A stretch of 64,000 nucleotides of DNA from contig OZ024740.1 of NCBI GenBank assembly GCA_964016885.1, positions 216,690,001-216,754,000 on the forward strand, written 5' to 3'. Shown here in pieces: positions 26,075-40,585 of the stretch. Position 1 is the first letter of the stretch; every line of letters starts with the position of its first letter. The stretch is from Eledone cirrhosa (Eukaryota). The translations under genes and the position numbers were made by a program. The notes below the pieces were generated by a model, which saw only the letters and a list, made by a program, of their open reading frames with translations, searched no databases and was not told the origin of the DNA.

Positions 26075-27480
26075 GAGGTGTGTTCCACATGTTCTAACCA
26101 TGTAAACCACACACACACATATATATATGTATGTGTGCTCCACATGTTCTAACCATGTAAACCAGACACACCTATATATGTATGTGTGCTCCACATGTTC
26201 TAACCATGTAAACCACACACACACACACACCTATATATGTATGTGTGCTCTACATGTTCTAACCATGTAAACCACACACACACACCTATATATGTATGTG
26301 TGCTCCACATGTTCTAACCATGTAAACCACACACACACACCTATATATTTATGTGTGCTCTACATGTTCTAACCATGTAAACCCACACACACACACACCT
26401 ATATATGTATGTGTGCTCCACATGTTCTAACCATGTAAACCACACACACACACCTATATATGTATGTGTGCTCCACATGTTCTAACCCATGTAAACCACA
26501 CACACACACCTATATATTGTATGTGTGCTCTACATGTTCTAACCATGTAAACCACACACACACACCTATATATGTATGTGTGCTCCACATGTTCTAACCA
26601 TGTAAACCACACACACACACCTATATATGTATGTGTGCTCCACATGTTCTAACCATGTAAACCACACACACACACACCTATATATGTATGTGTGCTCCAC
26701 ATGTTCTAACCATGTAAACCACACACACACACCTATATATGTATGTGTGCTCCACATGTTCTAACCATGTAAACCACACACACACACACCTATATATGTA
26801 TGTGTGCTCCACATGTTCTAACCATGTAAACCACCTACACACACACACACACACACCTATATATGTATGTGTGCTCCACATGTTCTAACCATGTAAACCA
26901 ACACACACACACCTATATATGTATGTGTGCTCCACATTGTTTCTAACCATGTAACCACACACACACACACACCTATATATGTATGTGTGCTCCACATGTT
27001 CTAACCATGTAAACCACACACACACACACCTATATATGTATGTGTGCTCCACATGTTCTAACCATGTAAACCACACACACACACACACCTATATATGTAT
27101 GTGTGCTCCCACATGTTCTAACCATGTAAACACACACACACACACACACCTATATATGTATGTGTGCTCCACATGTTCTAACCATGTAAACCACACACAC
27201 ACACCTATATATGTATGTGTGCTTCCACATGTTCTAACCATGTAAACCACACACACACACACACCTATATATGTATGTGTGCTCCACATGTTCTAACCAT
27301 GTAAACCACACACACACACACCTATATATGTATCTGTGCTCCACGCTCCACATGTTCTAACCATGTAAACCACACACACCTATATATGTAGGTGTGCTCC
27401 ACATGTTCCAAGCATGTAAACCACCTACACACACACACACACACACACCTATATATGTGCGCTCCACATGTTCTAACCAC
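26075..27480. repeat. Minisatellite, about 56 bp with embedded (CA)n
   Basis: Unit atgtgtgctccacatgttctaaccatgtaaacc(ac)ncctatatatgt, about 24 copies. Confidence 0.95.
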
Positions 27481-27632
27481 ACACATACTTATTCTTCATC
27501 TCTGTAATCATTCATTTTTCTTCCATTCTCTCCTCTTGTACTTCTTATTTTTCTTCATCAATTGTATTAGTGTGTGTATATGTATGTATATATATATGTA
27601 TATTTATATATATATATGTATGTATATATATT

Positions 27633-27663
<31 letters not shown>

Positions 27664-27674
27664 GTATATATATT

Positions 27675-27723
<49 letters not shown>

Positions 27724-27724
27724 T

Positions 27725-27755
<31 letters not shown>

Positions 27756-27898
27756 GTATATATATTTATATATATATATGTATGTATATGTATATGTATG
27801 TATATATATTTATATATATATGTATATATATTTATATATATATATATATATGTATATATATTTATATATGTATATATATATATATATGTATATATATT

Positions 27899-27943
<45 letters not shown>

Positions 27944-27944
27944 T

Positions 27945-27975
<31 letters not shown>

Positions 27976-28154
27976 GTATATATATTTATATATATATATG
28001 TATGTATATATATTTATATATATATATGTATGTATATATATTTATATATGTATGTATATATATTTATATATATATATATGTATATATATTTATATATATA
28101 TATATATATGTATATATATTTATATATATGTATATATATATATGTATATATATT

Positions 28155-28185
<31 letters not shown>

Positions 28186-28422
28186 GTATGTATATATATT
28201 TATATATGTGTGTATATATATTTATATATATATATGTATGTATATATATTTATATATATATATATGTATGTATATATATATATATTTATATATATATATG
28301 TATGCATATATATTTATATATATATATATATGTATGCATATATATTTATATATATATGTATGTATATATATTTAGATATATATATATATGTAAATATATA
28401 TATATTTGTATGTATATATTTT

Positions 28423-28543
<121 letters not shown>

Positions 28544-28546
28544 ATA

Positions 28547-28593
<47 letters not shown>

Positions 28594-29177
28594 ATATATT
28601 TATATATATATATATATCATCATCATGGTTTATATGTGTGTCATCATCATCATCACCGTTTAACGTCTATCTTCCATGCTAGCATGTGTATATATTATAT
28701 TATATTAATATAATATAATATATATATATATGTGTGTGTGTATATATATAAATATACATATGTGAGTGTGTATTATATATATATTATATATATATTATAT
28801 ATATACATATATATTATATATATATACATATATATACATATATATATATATGTATTGTTGAATATTCTTCTTACCTTCTGGTTTCTGATCTATATGCTCT
28901 CTCCCTGTCTGTGTGTCTGGGTGTCTGTCTGTGTGTATCACTACACAGACCCCCCCCCCCTCTCTCTCTTGTAACAGAAGTAACACAAACAACACACATC
29001 TATGTCCAAATATGTTTTCATGTGTGAGATTAACTATTAAATTACTCATACAAAATATCAGATGCTTCTAGATTCTTCTTGCCAACAACAATGATGGTTC
29101 AGCAGATCTGTTTATCTTTGGTATTGAAATAGTTCAGAGATCAATATATATATATTATGTTATATATATATATATAG

Positions 29178-29287
<110 letters not shown>

Positions 29288-29350
29288 ATATATATGTGTG
29301 TGTGTGTGTGTGTGTATATATATGTGTGTGTGTGTGTGTGTGTATATATA

Positions 29351-29381
<31 letters not shown>

Positions 29382-29459
29382 GTGTGTGTGTATGTGTATA
29401 TATATATGTGTGTGTGTGTGTGTATATATATATGTGTGTGTGTGTGTGTATATATATAT

Positions 29460-29573
29460 GTGTGTATATGTGTGCGCGTGTGGGTATATATGTGTGCATC
29501 TATATATGTGGGTATGTATATAACTGTATGTATGTATAATATATATATATATACATATGTATTCGGGAGTGTA

Positions 29574-29631
<58 letters not shown>

Positions 29632-29715
29632 GTATGTTTGTGCGTGTGGGCATGTATATAACTGTATGTATGTATAATATATATATATACATATGTATTC
29701 GGGAGTGTATCTCTC

Positions 29716-29780
<65 letters not shown>

Positions 29781-29973
29781 ATGTGTATGCGTGTGGGTAT
29801 ATATGTGGGTATGTATATAACTGTATGTATATATAATATATATATATGTATGTGTATATGTGTGTGCGTGTGGGTATATATGTGTGTGCATCTATATATG
29901 TGGGTATGTATATAACTGTATGTATGTATAATATATATATATACATATGTATTCGGGAGTGTATCTCTCTCTG

Positions 29974-30018
<45 letters not shown>

Positions 30019-30277
30019 ATGTGTATATGTGTGTGCATCTATATATGTGGGTATGTATATAACTGTATGTATGTATAATATATATATATACATATGTATT
30101 CGGGAGTGTATCTCTCTCTGTATATATATATATATGTGTGTGTGTGTATGTGTATATGTGTGTGCGTGTGGGTATATATGTGTGCGCATCTATATATGTG
30201 GGTATGTATATAACTGTATGTATGTATAATATATATATATATACATATGTATTCGGGAGTGTATCTCTCTCTGAATG

Positions 30278-30320
<43 letters not shown>

Positions 30321-30418
30321 ATGTGTATATGTGTGTGTATCTATATATGTGGGTATGTATATAACTGTATGTATGTATAATATATATATATACATATGTA
30401 TTCAGGAGTGTATCTCTC

Positions 30419-30425
<7 letters not shown>
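29460..30425. repeat. Microsatellite-derived tandem repeat (about 140-260 bp period)
   Basis: Recurrent gtgggtatgtatataactgtatg...catatgtattcgggagtgtatctctctc. Confidence 0.9.
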
Positions 30426-30471
<46 letters not shown>

Positions 30472-31533
30472 ATGTGTATATGTGCGTGCATATATATATC
30501 TGCTGACTTACTGTTCTTGTATGTACCAGAGCTATATTTCTTTTGACTTGCTCTTCCATCACCAACCCGACATATATTTCTCTCCATATTTCTAACTCTT
30601 TCTCTTAATAATATAACATACTGATTGATAGTCTTTAAGATGCGTTTGGTATGTTCTATATATTTACATACACGAATGTCCATATATATATATATATATA
30701 TATATCTGTGTATGTTTATATGTATACTTAAAGATGTTTGAATTCATGTACAGTGAGATATGGGTATATGGTTATAATTTTACATATGTCCATATATATA
30801 TATATACACATATGGATATATATGTGTGTGTGTATGTATGGAAATATATATATATATGTACATATGATGGATATGTGTATATGATTGTTGATAGTTACAT
30901 TTGTTCATTTACACATATATATATATCTATATTTGAAAATGTTCTTTGTTTTGAAATTTAGGTTTTTTTAGCAATAAATACATAAAATATTTATGTACTC
31001 ACACAAACACATACACACACACATACACACATATATATGTGTAGATAGATAATTTTAAGGGTGCATATGAAGGAATAAATAATATATATTTATGTACAGG
31101 AGACATTGAATGTTTGAAGCTGTTATCATGTCATAGTCTTTTCAGGTAGACGTGTGTTTCAGGGTTTTTATCCATGCTCAGTGACATTTACTCACAAGGT
31201 ACTGAGACAGGAATAAACTAAAGAAGATAATAGCCTTGAAAGAGAACTTGAGTGACTAGGATTGTATGTTTATGGTACATAAACATATCGTATATACCTT
31301 TCATTAACCATGCTATGTTAGTGCTTTTACTAATCAATCCTTTCTTTCTCTCTTTCTATGTATATATGTACACATGCACCCACACACACATATACATTCA
31401 TAGATACATACACATATATGGGTGTGTGCATGTAACCTCATACTTAGTCATTATCAGACAAACATATTGTTTTTCCTTTTCCTCTATATATAGTCTTCTT
31501 CTTCCATTCTTTCCCCCTTTTTCTTTATACCCC

Positions 31534-31566
<33 letters not shown>

Positions 31567-31909
31567 ACCCACTCTCACACACTCACACGCACATATTTAA
31601 TGTATATTTTATGTTGATGTTGACTCGATGAAAACGTACCCAGTCCAACCTCTCAGTTGGTCATTTTGGTACCATGATAAATGCTAAATGTGGTTGACAT
31701 GAAGAAGGGCATTCTGCCATTGAAACTAGGTCAGTCAGTTCTGTATGAGTAAGACACTTGCCTCACAAGGTGACACATCTCTCGCAACAAGACAAATCCA
31801 TGCTAGCATGAGAAATAGACATTAAACGGTGATGATGATACACCCCACCCCCACATTATATAATTACATGTGTGTGTGTGTATAGGCACACATATATATG
31901 CATGTGTGG

Positions 31910-31975
<66 letters not shown>

Positions 31976-32175
31976 GCACATATATATATACACACTTGCT
32001 CGAATGTGAAACCATACATAAGCGAGAAACAGACCTCTGGCCTGACTGGGAGATCAGTAGCTCTGCTTCAGTACTGAATTGGTAGACCTGTCCAGCCCTT
32101 TCTAGCAGGGAAAGTGGAGGTTAAAACGATGACTGATGATATATACATACGCATATATATATGTGTGTGTATATA

Positions 32176-32525
32176 TCATCATCATCATATTTTCATTTTT
32201 TACGTCCGCTTTTCCCTGCTTGCAAGGGTGGGACAGGAACTGATTCTGGCTTGATTTCTACAGCTGGATGCCCTTCCTAACACCAACCTCATTTACAGTG
32301 AGTGCTGGGTGCTTTTTTACCATGGTGCTTTTTTACCACGACCACTTTGCAGTGGAATGATATGGACCCCGTCCCTATCATCTCATTTCTACAGCTGAGT
32401 AAACTGGAGCAATGTGAAATAAAGTATCTTGCTCAAGGAAACAACACATCACCCGGTCTGAGAATTGAACTCACAACCTTTCGATTGCAAGCCCAATGCT
32501 CTAACCACTAAGCCATGTGCCTCCA
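32176..32525 (-). mobile_element. tRNA-head SINE with RTE tail
   Basis: Same family as 10668 and 60743. Confidence 0.85.
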
Positions 32526-32539
32526 TATATATATATATC

Positions 32540-32580
<41 letters not shown>

Positions 32581-33280
32581 GTATATATATATATATATAT
32601 TTGTTTGTCTATATATGCACTTCACATGTGTTATTAAATAAATACATCCATCCATAGGTGTATGTAGTTAGTTTCTATCTATATATTTGTTGTTTTACAT
32701 CTAATCAAAACAGATTTTCTCATCTGTCTGGAAATCTAAGATTACTTCCAAATTGGATAATTCTGTATACCCCCTTTTATTTTTAAATCTATATTGAAGA
32801 TATTCATATATTCAACTCGGCTATTTTTCTGTTATTTTGTTTTATGGTTTGACAGCGGAATTAAGTAGTCTAGCACAATAAAGCCAATAACATGTTGCTC
32901 CTTTCTAATATTCTTCTTCTAACAAGATTGTTGTTTCATATATTGTTGTTTTTGTCTTGTCTGTCTGACTGACTGTCTGCTGTCTATCTTGTGTCTTTCG
33001 TGGATTCTGTTTAGGTATTTTTGACTCATGTAATTTATAATTTTTGGTGAAGCTGAAATCAAGTGTGTGTATGTGTGCGTGCGCACGTATACAAACATGT
33101 GTGTGTGTGTATATATATATATCAGTGACATTACTAGGACAAATAACTGTTTATATTTGTTTATATCTTTCTTTATCTTCATGATTTTTAACTAATTATT
33201 TTCTTACTTTCTAAGTTACACAAACATTCATTGTATATATTTGACCAATAATATATATATAAAATATATATATATATATA

Positions 33281-33753
33281 TATATAAGCAAAGGGATATT
33301 TAATTTGTTAGTAATTCAACAAATATATATATATATTTATAACAGATTCGAAGCACTCAACAGGTTTTCTGGAGTATAATATCAATGATATTAATAAATG
33401 GAAACTATATTTATAAAACCATATTTATTCTATATATATATTGACATATCCAGGAAAGAGACCTTAAAGGTTCAAGTTTTACCTGGTAAAACTTGAACCG
33501 TTAAGGTCTCTTTGCTAGATATGTCAATATTTATAAAACAAGCTTTGTATTTTATCTGATGAGAGCGTACCAAAGTTTTGGTACCCTTGAAATATATATA
33601 ATAGAATAAATATGGTTTTATAAATATAGTTTCCATTTATTAATATCATTGATATTATACTCCAGAAAACTTGTCGAGTGCTTCGAATCTGTTATAAATA
33701 TATATATATATTTGTTGAATTAACAACAAATTAAATATCCCTTTGCTTATATA
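33281..33753. mobile_element. Nested fold-back element with a hammerhead
   Basis: Outer arms 33281-33433 and 33601-33753; inner hairpin 33438-33530. Confidence 0.85.
33548..33608 (+). ncRNA. Minimal type I hammerhead motif
   Basis: UAUUUUAU-CUGAUGA-GAGCGUACC(AAAGUUUU)GGUACCCUU-GAAA-U(AUAU)A-UA-AUAGAAUA, with a palindromic stem III. Confidence 0.85.
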
Positions 33754-34880
33754 ATGTCACTGATATAAACAGTTATTTGTCATAGTAATGTCACTGATAT
33801 AAACAGTTATTTGTCCTAGTAATGGCACTGATATAAACAGTTATGTCCCAGTAATGTCACTGATATAACAGCTATATGTCCTAGTAATGTCACTGATATT
33901 AACAGTTATTTGTCCTAGTAATGTCAATAGTATAAACAGTAACTTGTCTTAGTAATGTCACTGATATTAACAGTTATTTGTCCTAGTAATGTCAATAGTA
34001 TAAACAGTAACTTGTCTTAGTAATGTCACTGATATTAACAGTTATTTGTCCTAGTAATGTCAATAGTATAAACAGTAACTTGTCTTAGTAATGTCACTGA
34101 TATTAACAGTTATTTGTCCTAGTAATGTCAATAGTATAAACAGTAACTTGTCTTAGTAATGTCACTGATATTAACAGTTATTTGTCCTAGTAATGTCAAT
34201 AGTATAAACAGTAACTTGTCTTAGTAATGTCACTGATATTAACAGTTATTTATCCTAGTAATGTCAATAGTATAAACAGTAACTTGTCTTAGTAATGTCA
34301 CTGATATTAACAGTTATTTGTCCTAGTAATGTCAATAGTATAAACAGTAACTTGTCTTAGTAATGTCACTGATATTAACAGTTATTTGTCCTAGTAATGT
34401 CAATAGTATAAACAGTAACTTGTCTTAGTAATGTCACTGATATTAACAGTTATTTGTCCTAGTAATGTCAATAGTATAAACAGTAACGTGTCTTAGTAAT
34501 GTCACTGATATTAACAGTTATTTGTCCTAGTAATGTCAATAGTATAAACAGTAACTTGTCTTAGTAATGTCACTGATATTAACAGTTATTTGTCCTAGTA
34601 ATGTCAATAGTATAAACAGTAACGTGTCTTAGTAATGTCACTGATATTAACAGTTATTTGTCCTAGTAATGTCAATAGTATAAACAGTAACGTGTCTTAG
34701 TAATGTCACTGATATTAACAGTTATTTGTCCTAGTAATGTCAATAGTATAAACAGTAACTTGTCTTAGTAATGTCACTGATATTAACAGTTATTTGTCCT
34801 AGTAATGTCAATAGTATAAACAGTAACTTGTCTTAGTAATGTCACTGATATTAACAGTTATTTGTCCTAGTAATGTCAAT
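33753..34880. repeat. 34-bp satellite with 68-bp A/B higher-order structure
   Basis: Alternating taatgtcactgatattaacagttatttgtcctag and taatgtcaatagtataaacagtaacttgtcttag. Confidence 0.95.
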
Positions 34881-35014
34881 GAAAATTTGGACATAATTGT
34901 GAATGAAACAATTATTTTTTATATGAAATTTCACATTAATTCTATAATTTTGACTGCAAGGTCCTATCAATGACAGAATTAGTAAAGCCATGGCCAAAAT
35001 GCAGTCAGAAATTT

Positions 35015-35046
<32 letters not shown>

Positions 35047-35897
35047 TTAACATCCATTTTCCAAGCTAGCATGGGTTAGACGAGTTGTCCCGTTTGAGAC
35101 AAGTCAAGTCAGGTGACTGTGTCTTGCTCATGCAGAACTGTTTCTGGCTTGGTTTCTACAGCTTGTCCTTCCTAACACCAACCACATTTACAGTGTGGGC
35201 TGGGTGCTTTTTGTCATGACACCTACAAGACCACTTTACAGTGTGGGTTGGGCGCTTTTTGTCATGACACCAACATGGCCACTTTACAGTGTGGGCTGGA
35301 TGCTTTTTGTCATGTCACCTACAAGGCCACTTTAGAGTGTGGGTTGCATGCTTTTTTGCCGTGACACTAACACAACCACTTTACAGTGTGGACTGGGTGC
35401 TTTTTGTTGTGACATCAACACAACCACTTTACAGATTTGTCTTTGTCTAACATATATCTGTGGCCAATAAAATCATATCAGTAGGAATATCAGTAGTTGA
35501 ATTAATAGATACACCTCAGTAAACAAAGATGATATTTAGCTGATCTCTCAGACTTTAAGCACTGGCAATATAGAGTTATTATAAAGAGTGATGTGCTCAT
35601 GCACAGAGATGCTATAAAATAGCTTATAGAATATGATGAAGATCCTTAAAAGACGGAAAATGAAGTTGCTATTGCCCACTACGAGGAATTGAACCTCATA
35701 TCTCCCTGTACCTGGGACACATCCCTATGTGCTATGTTTTTAATTGAGGTTTTGTAGGTCCAGTTGATATGTTACATGCTGGCTTTCCAAGTTGTGTTTT
35801 CATAGAAAAAAGGTTTACCTTATACATTTCTATATACTGTATATTTTATTGAGATTTCTAACACATTATTAAAAATATTGTTATTACTATTTTTCAG

Positions 35898-35966
35898 TGT
35901 TAAGAGTCACTTCATGTCAAAAGACAATTGTATTGAAAGATGGATGAGGAGAACTCTCATTGTGAG
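35898..35966 (+). other. Candidate host exon (69 bp)
   Basis: Acceptor tatttttcag and donor GAG|gtatgt. The ATG at 35940 gives MDEENSHCE, and a second frame is open throughout. Confidence 0.35.
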
Positions 35967-36399
35967 GTATGTCAAATCTATTTTTAACTGTTCATATATA
36001 TTTTTTTTTATAAAAAAAGAAAGGGATCATAAATAAATTGTTTTAATTGCTAAACACTTGTCATTTGGGTTAATGTTGAAATCAATTATCTTGTTTTAAT
36101 TGTCAGTGCCCAAACATCATTATATGAAATTAATTGTGATATTTTTTCTTTTAATGAAATTAATCTAACTTGCCAGCAGTGAAAGAATGTTTTATCTAAA
36201 ATAAAGCATGGTAAAACCAATATGTCTAAATCTTTAGATAAGATTCTGAATGTCAATTTATTTTTCTGAAAGGGAAAAGATGGATGTGTATTTCTCTCTC
36301 CTTTTTAAAAAAAAAATTGTTTTCATTTTTCATTTTGTTTGTATTTTATGTAAAAAATATATTTTGATGAAGTTGTTTTCAAATCTCAGCTCTTGATGT

Positions 36400-36830
36400 G
36401 ATCAATTGTCTAATGATTCCAGTGTATGTTGTGATCAAATTATCCTTTGATCCTATCATTTACTGTGATGAAATTGTTTACTGGTCCCTGTCTATACTGT
36501 GATGAAATTGTTTACTGGTCCCTGTCTATACTGTGATGAAATTGTTTACTGATTGTATACTGTGATCAAATTGTCTTCTGTTGTAGTCAAATGGTTTACT
36601 GATCCCATCATATGCTGTGATCAAATTGTCTTCTGATCTCTGTACTTGATCTGATTAAATTATATTTTGGTCTTTTTACATGCTCTGCTCAAATTGTTTA
36701 CTTAGTCCTTATATTCTGTGTGCTAAGATTATCTTTATGGTCTCAACACATGGTGTGATAAAAGTATCATGTAGTCCTCACTCATGCTGTGATCAAACTA
36801 TCTCCTGGTCCGTGTGTATGCTGTGATCCA
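36400..36830. repeat. Degenerate minisatellite, about 35 bp
   Basis: Recurrent ctgtgat(c/g)aaattgt. Confidence 0.75.
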
Positions 36831-37259
36831 AATAAATATCTTTAATACACTTTGTTGTTGTTACACGTTTTTTTAAAAATGATGAAAATAGTAGGTACTT
36901 AAATGACCTCGCATATGTTCTAAAAGACAAATGCAAGAAGATTAAACAAATAATAAGAGTATATAGTTGTGATGATGATGATTAAAGATTTTGTTTTTTC
37001 ATTATTATAATGGGTGGTGAATTGGCAGTATCGGTAGAGTGAATCATGCTTTCCAGCAAAGAGTTATGTCACTTTCCGGTCTGAGTTCAAATCTCGCCGA
37101 GGTTAACTTTGCCTTTCATACTTACAGAGTCAATAAAATAAAGTACCAGTAATGCACTGGGATAATTGCTGTCCTTGTGCCAAATGTAGAAACAATTATT
37201 ACTTATAATGAAATTTTCTGATTTATTTTTTATGAAAAACATAATTGATTTGATGAATA

Positions 37260-38090
37260 CCGTGTTTCCCCGATTATAAGCCATGGCTTATATTAATTTT
37301 TACTCCGAAATGTACCACTACGGCTTATTTTCGGGGGAGGGGTTCATATCCCGAAAAAACACAACTACGAAACTGAAAATTACAAATTCGCTAAATGATT
37401 GGAAATTACGAAAAAACAATCGGCATTTACGTGGAACATTTAATTGAAAGATCAAATTTATTAAAAATTAACACACCCTTTAATTCAAAAACTCATGAGC
37501 GAAATAATCCACTGATTTATTCAAAAATAATCATGTCATCCTGGTCTGGAATGTCATTGTTTTCCAAATCAGTGGATTCAATGATTCCTGTGGAATTTTC
37601 TTGTGACTCAATTAATTGCCTGCAGAATTTTCGTCCTTAGTCTTTCATGTTGAGCGTTAGAGGTCGAATTGAATGGAGAGTTCTTATCCAGATAGCCTAC
37701 TCGTAGTGCATTCATGACACAGCTATCTGTGATTTTGTTCCATCAATTTCCCACCCAAGTCATGATCTCTTGAAGGCTGGGCTTCACGAAATTTCCCCGC
37801 TCATTTCTCGCCATTCTGTTTTCGATGTAGTCATTTATTTCCATGTGCAGATGGTCCTTGAATGGTTTATTCAGTGCGATGTCAAGAATCTGGAAATAGG
37901 CAGTCATTCCTGCGGGAATCATGATTTGATTGATTCTTCTTTCTGCAAGAAAGTTCTTCATATCTTTGGCGTGGTGCGTTCTGGCTGAATCCCAGACTAT
38001 GAGACCTCTTTGGGTTCCATGCAAAATCAATGGCAGCATGAAATTGACCCACTTCCTTAAAACTGCCTGTGTGTACCACACCTTTTCAGT
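37260..38090 (-). mobile_element. pogo/Tigger-like DNA transposon remnant (DDE_1 C-terminal part plus one TIR)
   Basis: ORF 37743-38081 contains LIVWDSARTH...IPAGMTAYFQILDIALNKPFKDHL; TA-ccgtgtttccccgattataagc at 37258. Confidence 0.85.
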
Positions 38091-38591
38091 TTCCAGAACA
38101 CAGATACTTGAAACGCTGGACAGTACACCAGTCTAACACAATATTAAACCCCAGCCATTGCTGGTACTCATTTTTAGCTGAATATATTGGAGCCATGTAA
38201 AATGAAGTGTTTTGTTCAAGAACACAACACAGCCTTGTCCAGGAATTGAACCTACAACATTATGGTCATAAGTCCAACATTCTTACTACTAGGCCTCATG
38301 CCCCCACCATGTCTTTTGTACACAGCCTCTAAAAATATTGAGAAAAATCACTTAAAACACATGATAGAATGGAAATTTGCAGTAATTATAAGCAAAATTG
38401 TAAAGGATCAAAATGTAATCAACAGTCAATATAAACTGGTTGAGAGGTTTTTGATAATAGGAATAGTTTTTAAAGTGTTTTACATAAAATGGTTCTGATT
38501 TTTCGGTCATAACAGCCACTAAGGATAGTGCATAATCTCATAACATCTCATCTGATCCCCGGATCAAACGAAGGAATCACACCAGGTGTTT

Positions 38592-38990
38592 TGAGCTACC
38601 ATCATTGTTCCTATTTTTGATACAGTCTTCTAACAGATGTCTTGAGAGCTACCATTATTGTTCCTATTTTTGATAGTCTTCTAACAGATGTCTTGAGCTA
38701 CCATTATTGGTCCTATTTTTGATACAGTCTTCTAACAGATGTCTTGAGAGCTACCATTATTGTTCCTATTTTTGATAGTCTTCTAACAGATGTCTTGAGC
38801 TACCATTATTGTTCCTATTTTTGATAGTCTTCTAACAGATGTCTTGAGCTACCATTATTGGTCCTATTTTTGATAGTCTTCTAACAGATGTCTTGAGCTA
38901 CCATCATAGTTCCTATTTTTGATACAGACTTCTAACAGATGTCTTGTGCTACCATCTCTGTTCCAATTTTTTTATACAATCTTCTAACCA
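38592..38990. repeat. Minisatellite, 49-53 bp x about 8
   Basis: Unit gagctaccattattgttcctatttttgatagtcttctaacagatgtctt. Confidence 0.92.
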
Positions 38991-39802
38991 GTGTTGCTTT
39001 GAAGTATGTCAATGAAGTTGGCAGTATGTTGTCTCCAATTGGTTAATCAACCTGTTTAGCTGCCATAGGACAGTTTAAATTGATATATATATATATATCA
39101 TCATTTAATGTCCATTTTTCCATGGTAGCATGGGTTAGATGAGTTGTCCTACTGTGTGACAAGCCAGATAAGATGACCATGTCTTGCTCATACAGGACCG
39201 TTTCTGGCTTGGTTATGCCGACCACATTTACAGTGTAGACTAACAAATATATATATATATTCATTAAAATGTTGCTAAACGCCTTATTCACATCAAAATT
39301 TGGTTTACAAATGTTTCATCCTCTTAGGCGTTATCAAAATCAATCGTTTTATAAATAATGTCCTCAACACATTCATCTTCTCGAATGCACAAAAATCATA
39401 GGATGATAACAGTAGCAGCAGTCATGCTATTAGTGGCAACAACAGTAGTAGCAGCAGTAGTAGTGGTAGTAGTCACAGTAGTAGTAGTAGAGTAGTTGTA
39501 GTAGTCGTAGTAGTCACAATAGTACTAGTAACTGCAGTCACAGTAGTAGTAGTAATGGTACATGTCATCTTCACACTTCACTAACCAATCCAAACAATTC
39601 ACCATCTCTCCATTCATAACATCTAACTTTGCTTTTATTATTTTTCTTTATTATTAACTTTGCCTTTCATCCTTACGGGGTCGATAAAATAAAGTACCAG
39701 TAATGCACTGGGATAATTGCTGGCCTTGTGCCAAAAGTAGAAACAATTATTTATGACAAAGTAAAAATAGAATATTTCAACATTCTTTTCATTCTTATTA
39801 AT

Positions 39803-40320
39803 GTTACTATGACGTTGTTGTTGTTGTTGTTGTGACTATGACGTTGTTGTTGTTACTATGATATTGTTGTTGTTGTGACTATGACGTTGTTGTTGTTGTT
39901 GTTATGACATTGTTGTTGTTGTGACTATGACGTTGTTGTTGTTGTTACTATGATATTGTTGTTGTTGTGACTATGACGTTGTTGTTGTTGTTATGACATT
40001 GTTGTTGTTGTGACTATGACGTTGTTGTTGTTGTTGTTACTATGACATTGTTGTTGTGATGACGTTGTTGTTGTTGTTACTATGACATTGTTCCTAATTT
40101 ACTGCTGTACTGTTGGTATTGTTAGTGATGTTAGTGTTGTTACTATGATATTGTTCCTCTAATACTGACGTTGTTGTTGGTGTTACTATGACGTTGTTGT
40201 TGTGACTATGACGTTGTTGTTGTTGTTACTATGACACTGTTCTTCTAGTACTAACGTTGTTGTTGGTGTTACTATGACATTGCTTCTCTAACACTGACTG
40301 CTGTACTGTTGTTGTTGTTG
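39803..40320. repeat. (GTT)n-based tandem repeat
   Basis: actatgac(gtt)n units. Confidence 0.9.
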
Positions 40321-40585
40321 TTTGTGTGTGATTCCAGCTCAGCATGATCCATTAGAGGCTAAATATAAGTAATATAAATAAGTAAATAAGTGTTGATGTT
40401 CTCTCTCTTTCTCTCAATGTCTCTCTCTCCCACTCTCCTCATCTCTCACTGTTATAAGCAAATGGGGGCCCATGCACTGACCACCCCGCAGTACTGGCGG
40501 ACACAGTAGAGAAGGTGTTTCCCTAGATGACGGTGAGGGAGACGGGTTGGAAGAGCCATTCCAGCTCACAAGGTTGTCACCTACA

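Noticed and set aside
26060-26110. CUGAUGA/CUGAAGA hits at about 26065, 23522, 50706, 52859, 53768, 56784 and 607
   Set aside because: No compatible stem II, GAAA, stem III, NUH and stem I arrangement could be built.
26075-27480. Regular repeats resembling a CRISPR array (also 33753 and 40586)
   Set aside because: No unique spacers, no cas genes, and eukaryotic context.
38490-38590. Minus-strand CAGAUGA...CCGAAA next to a ttccttcgtt motif
   Set aside because: The stems do not pair convincingly; at best a heavily decayed relative.
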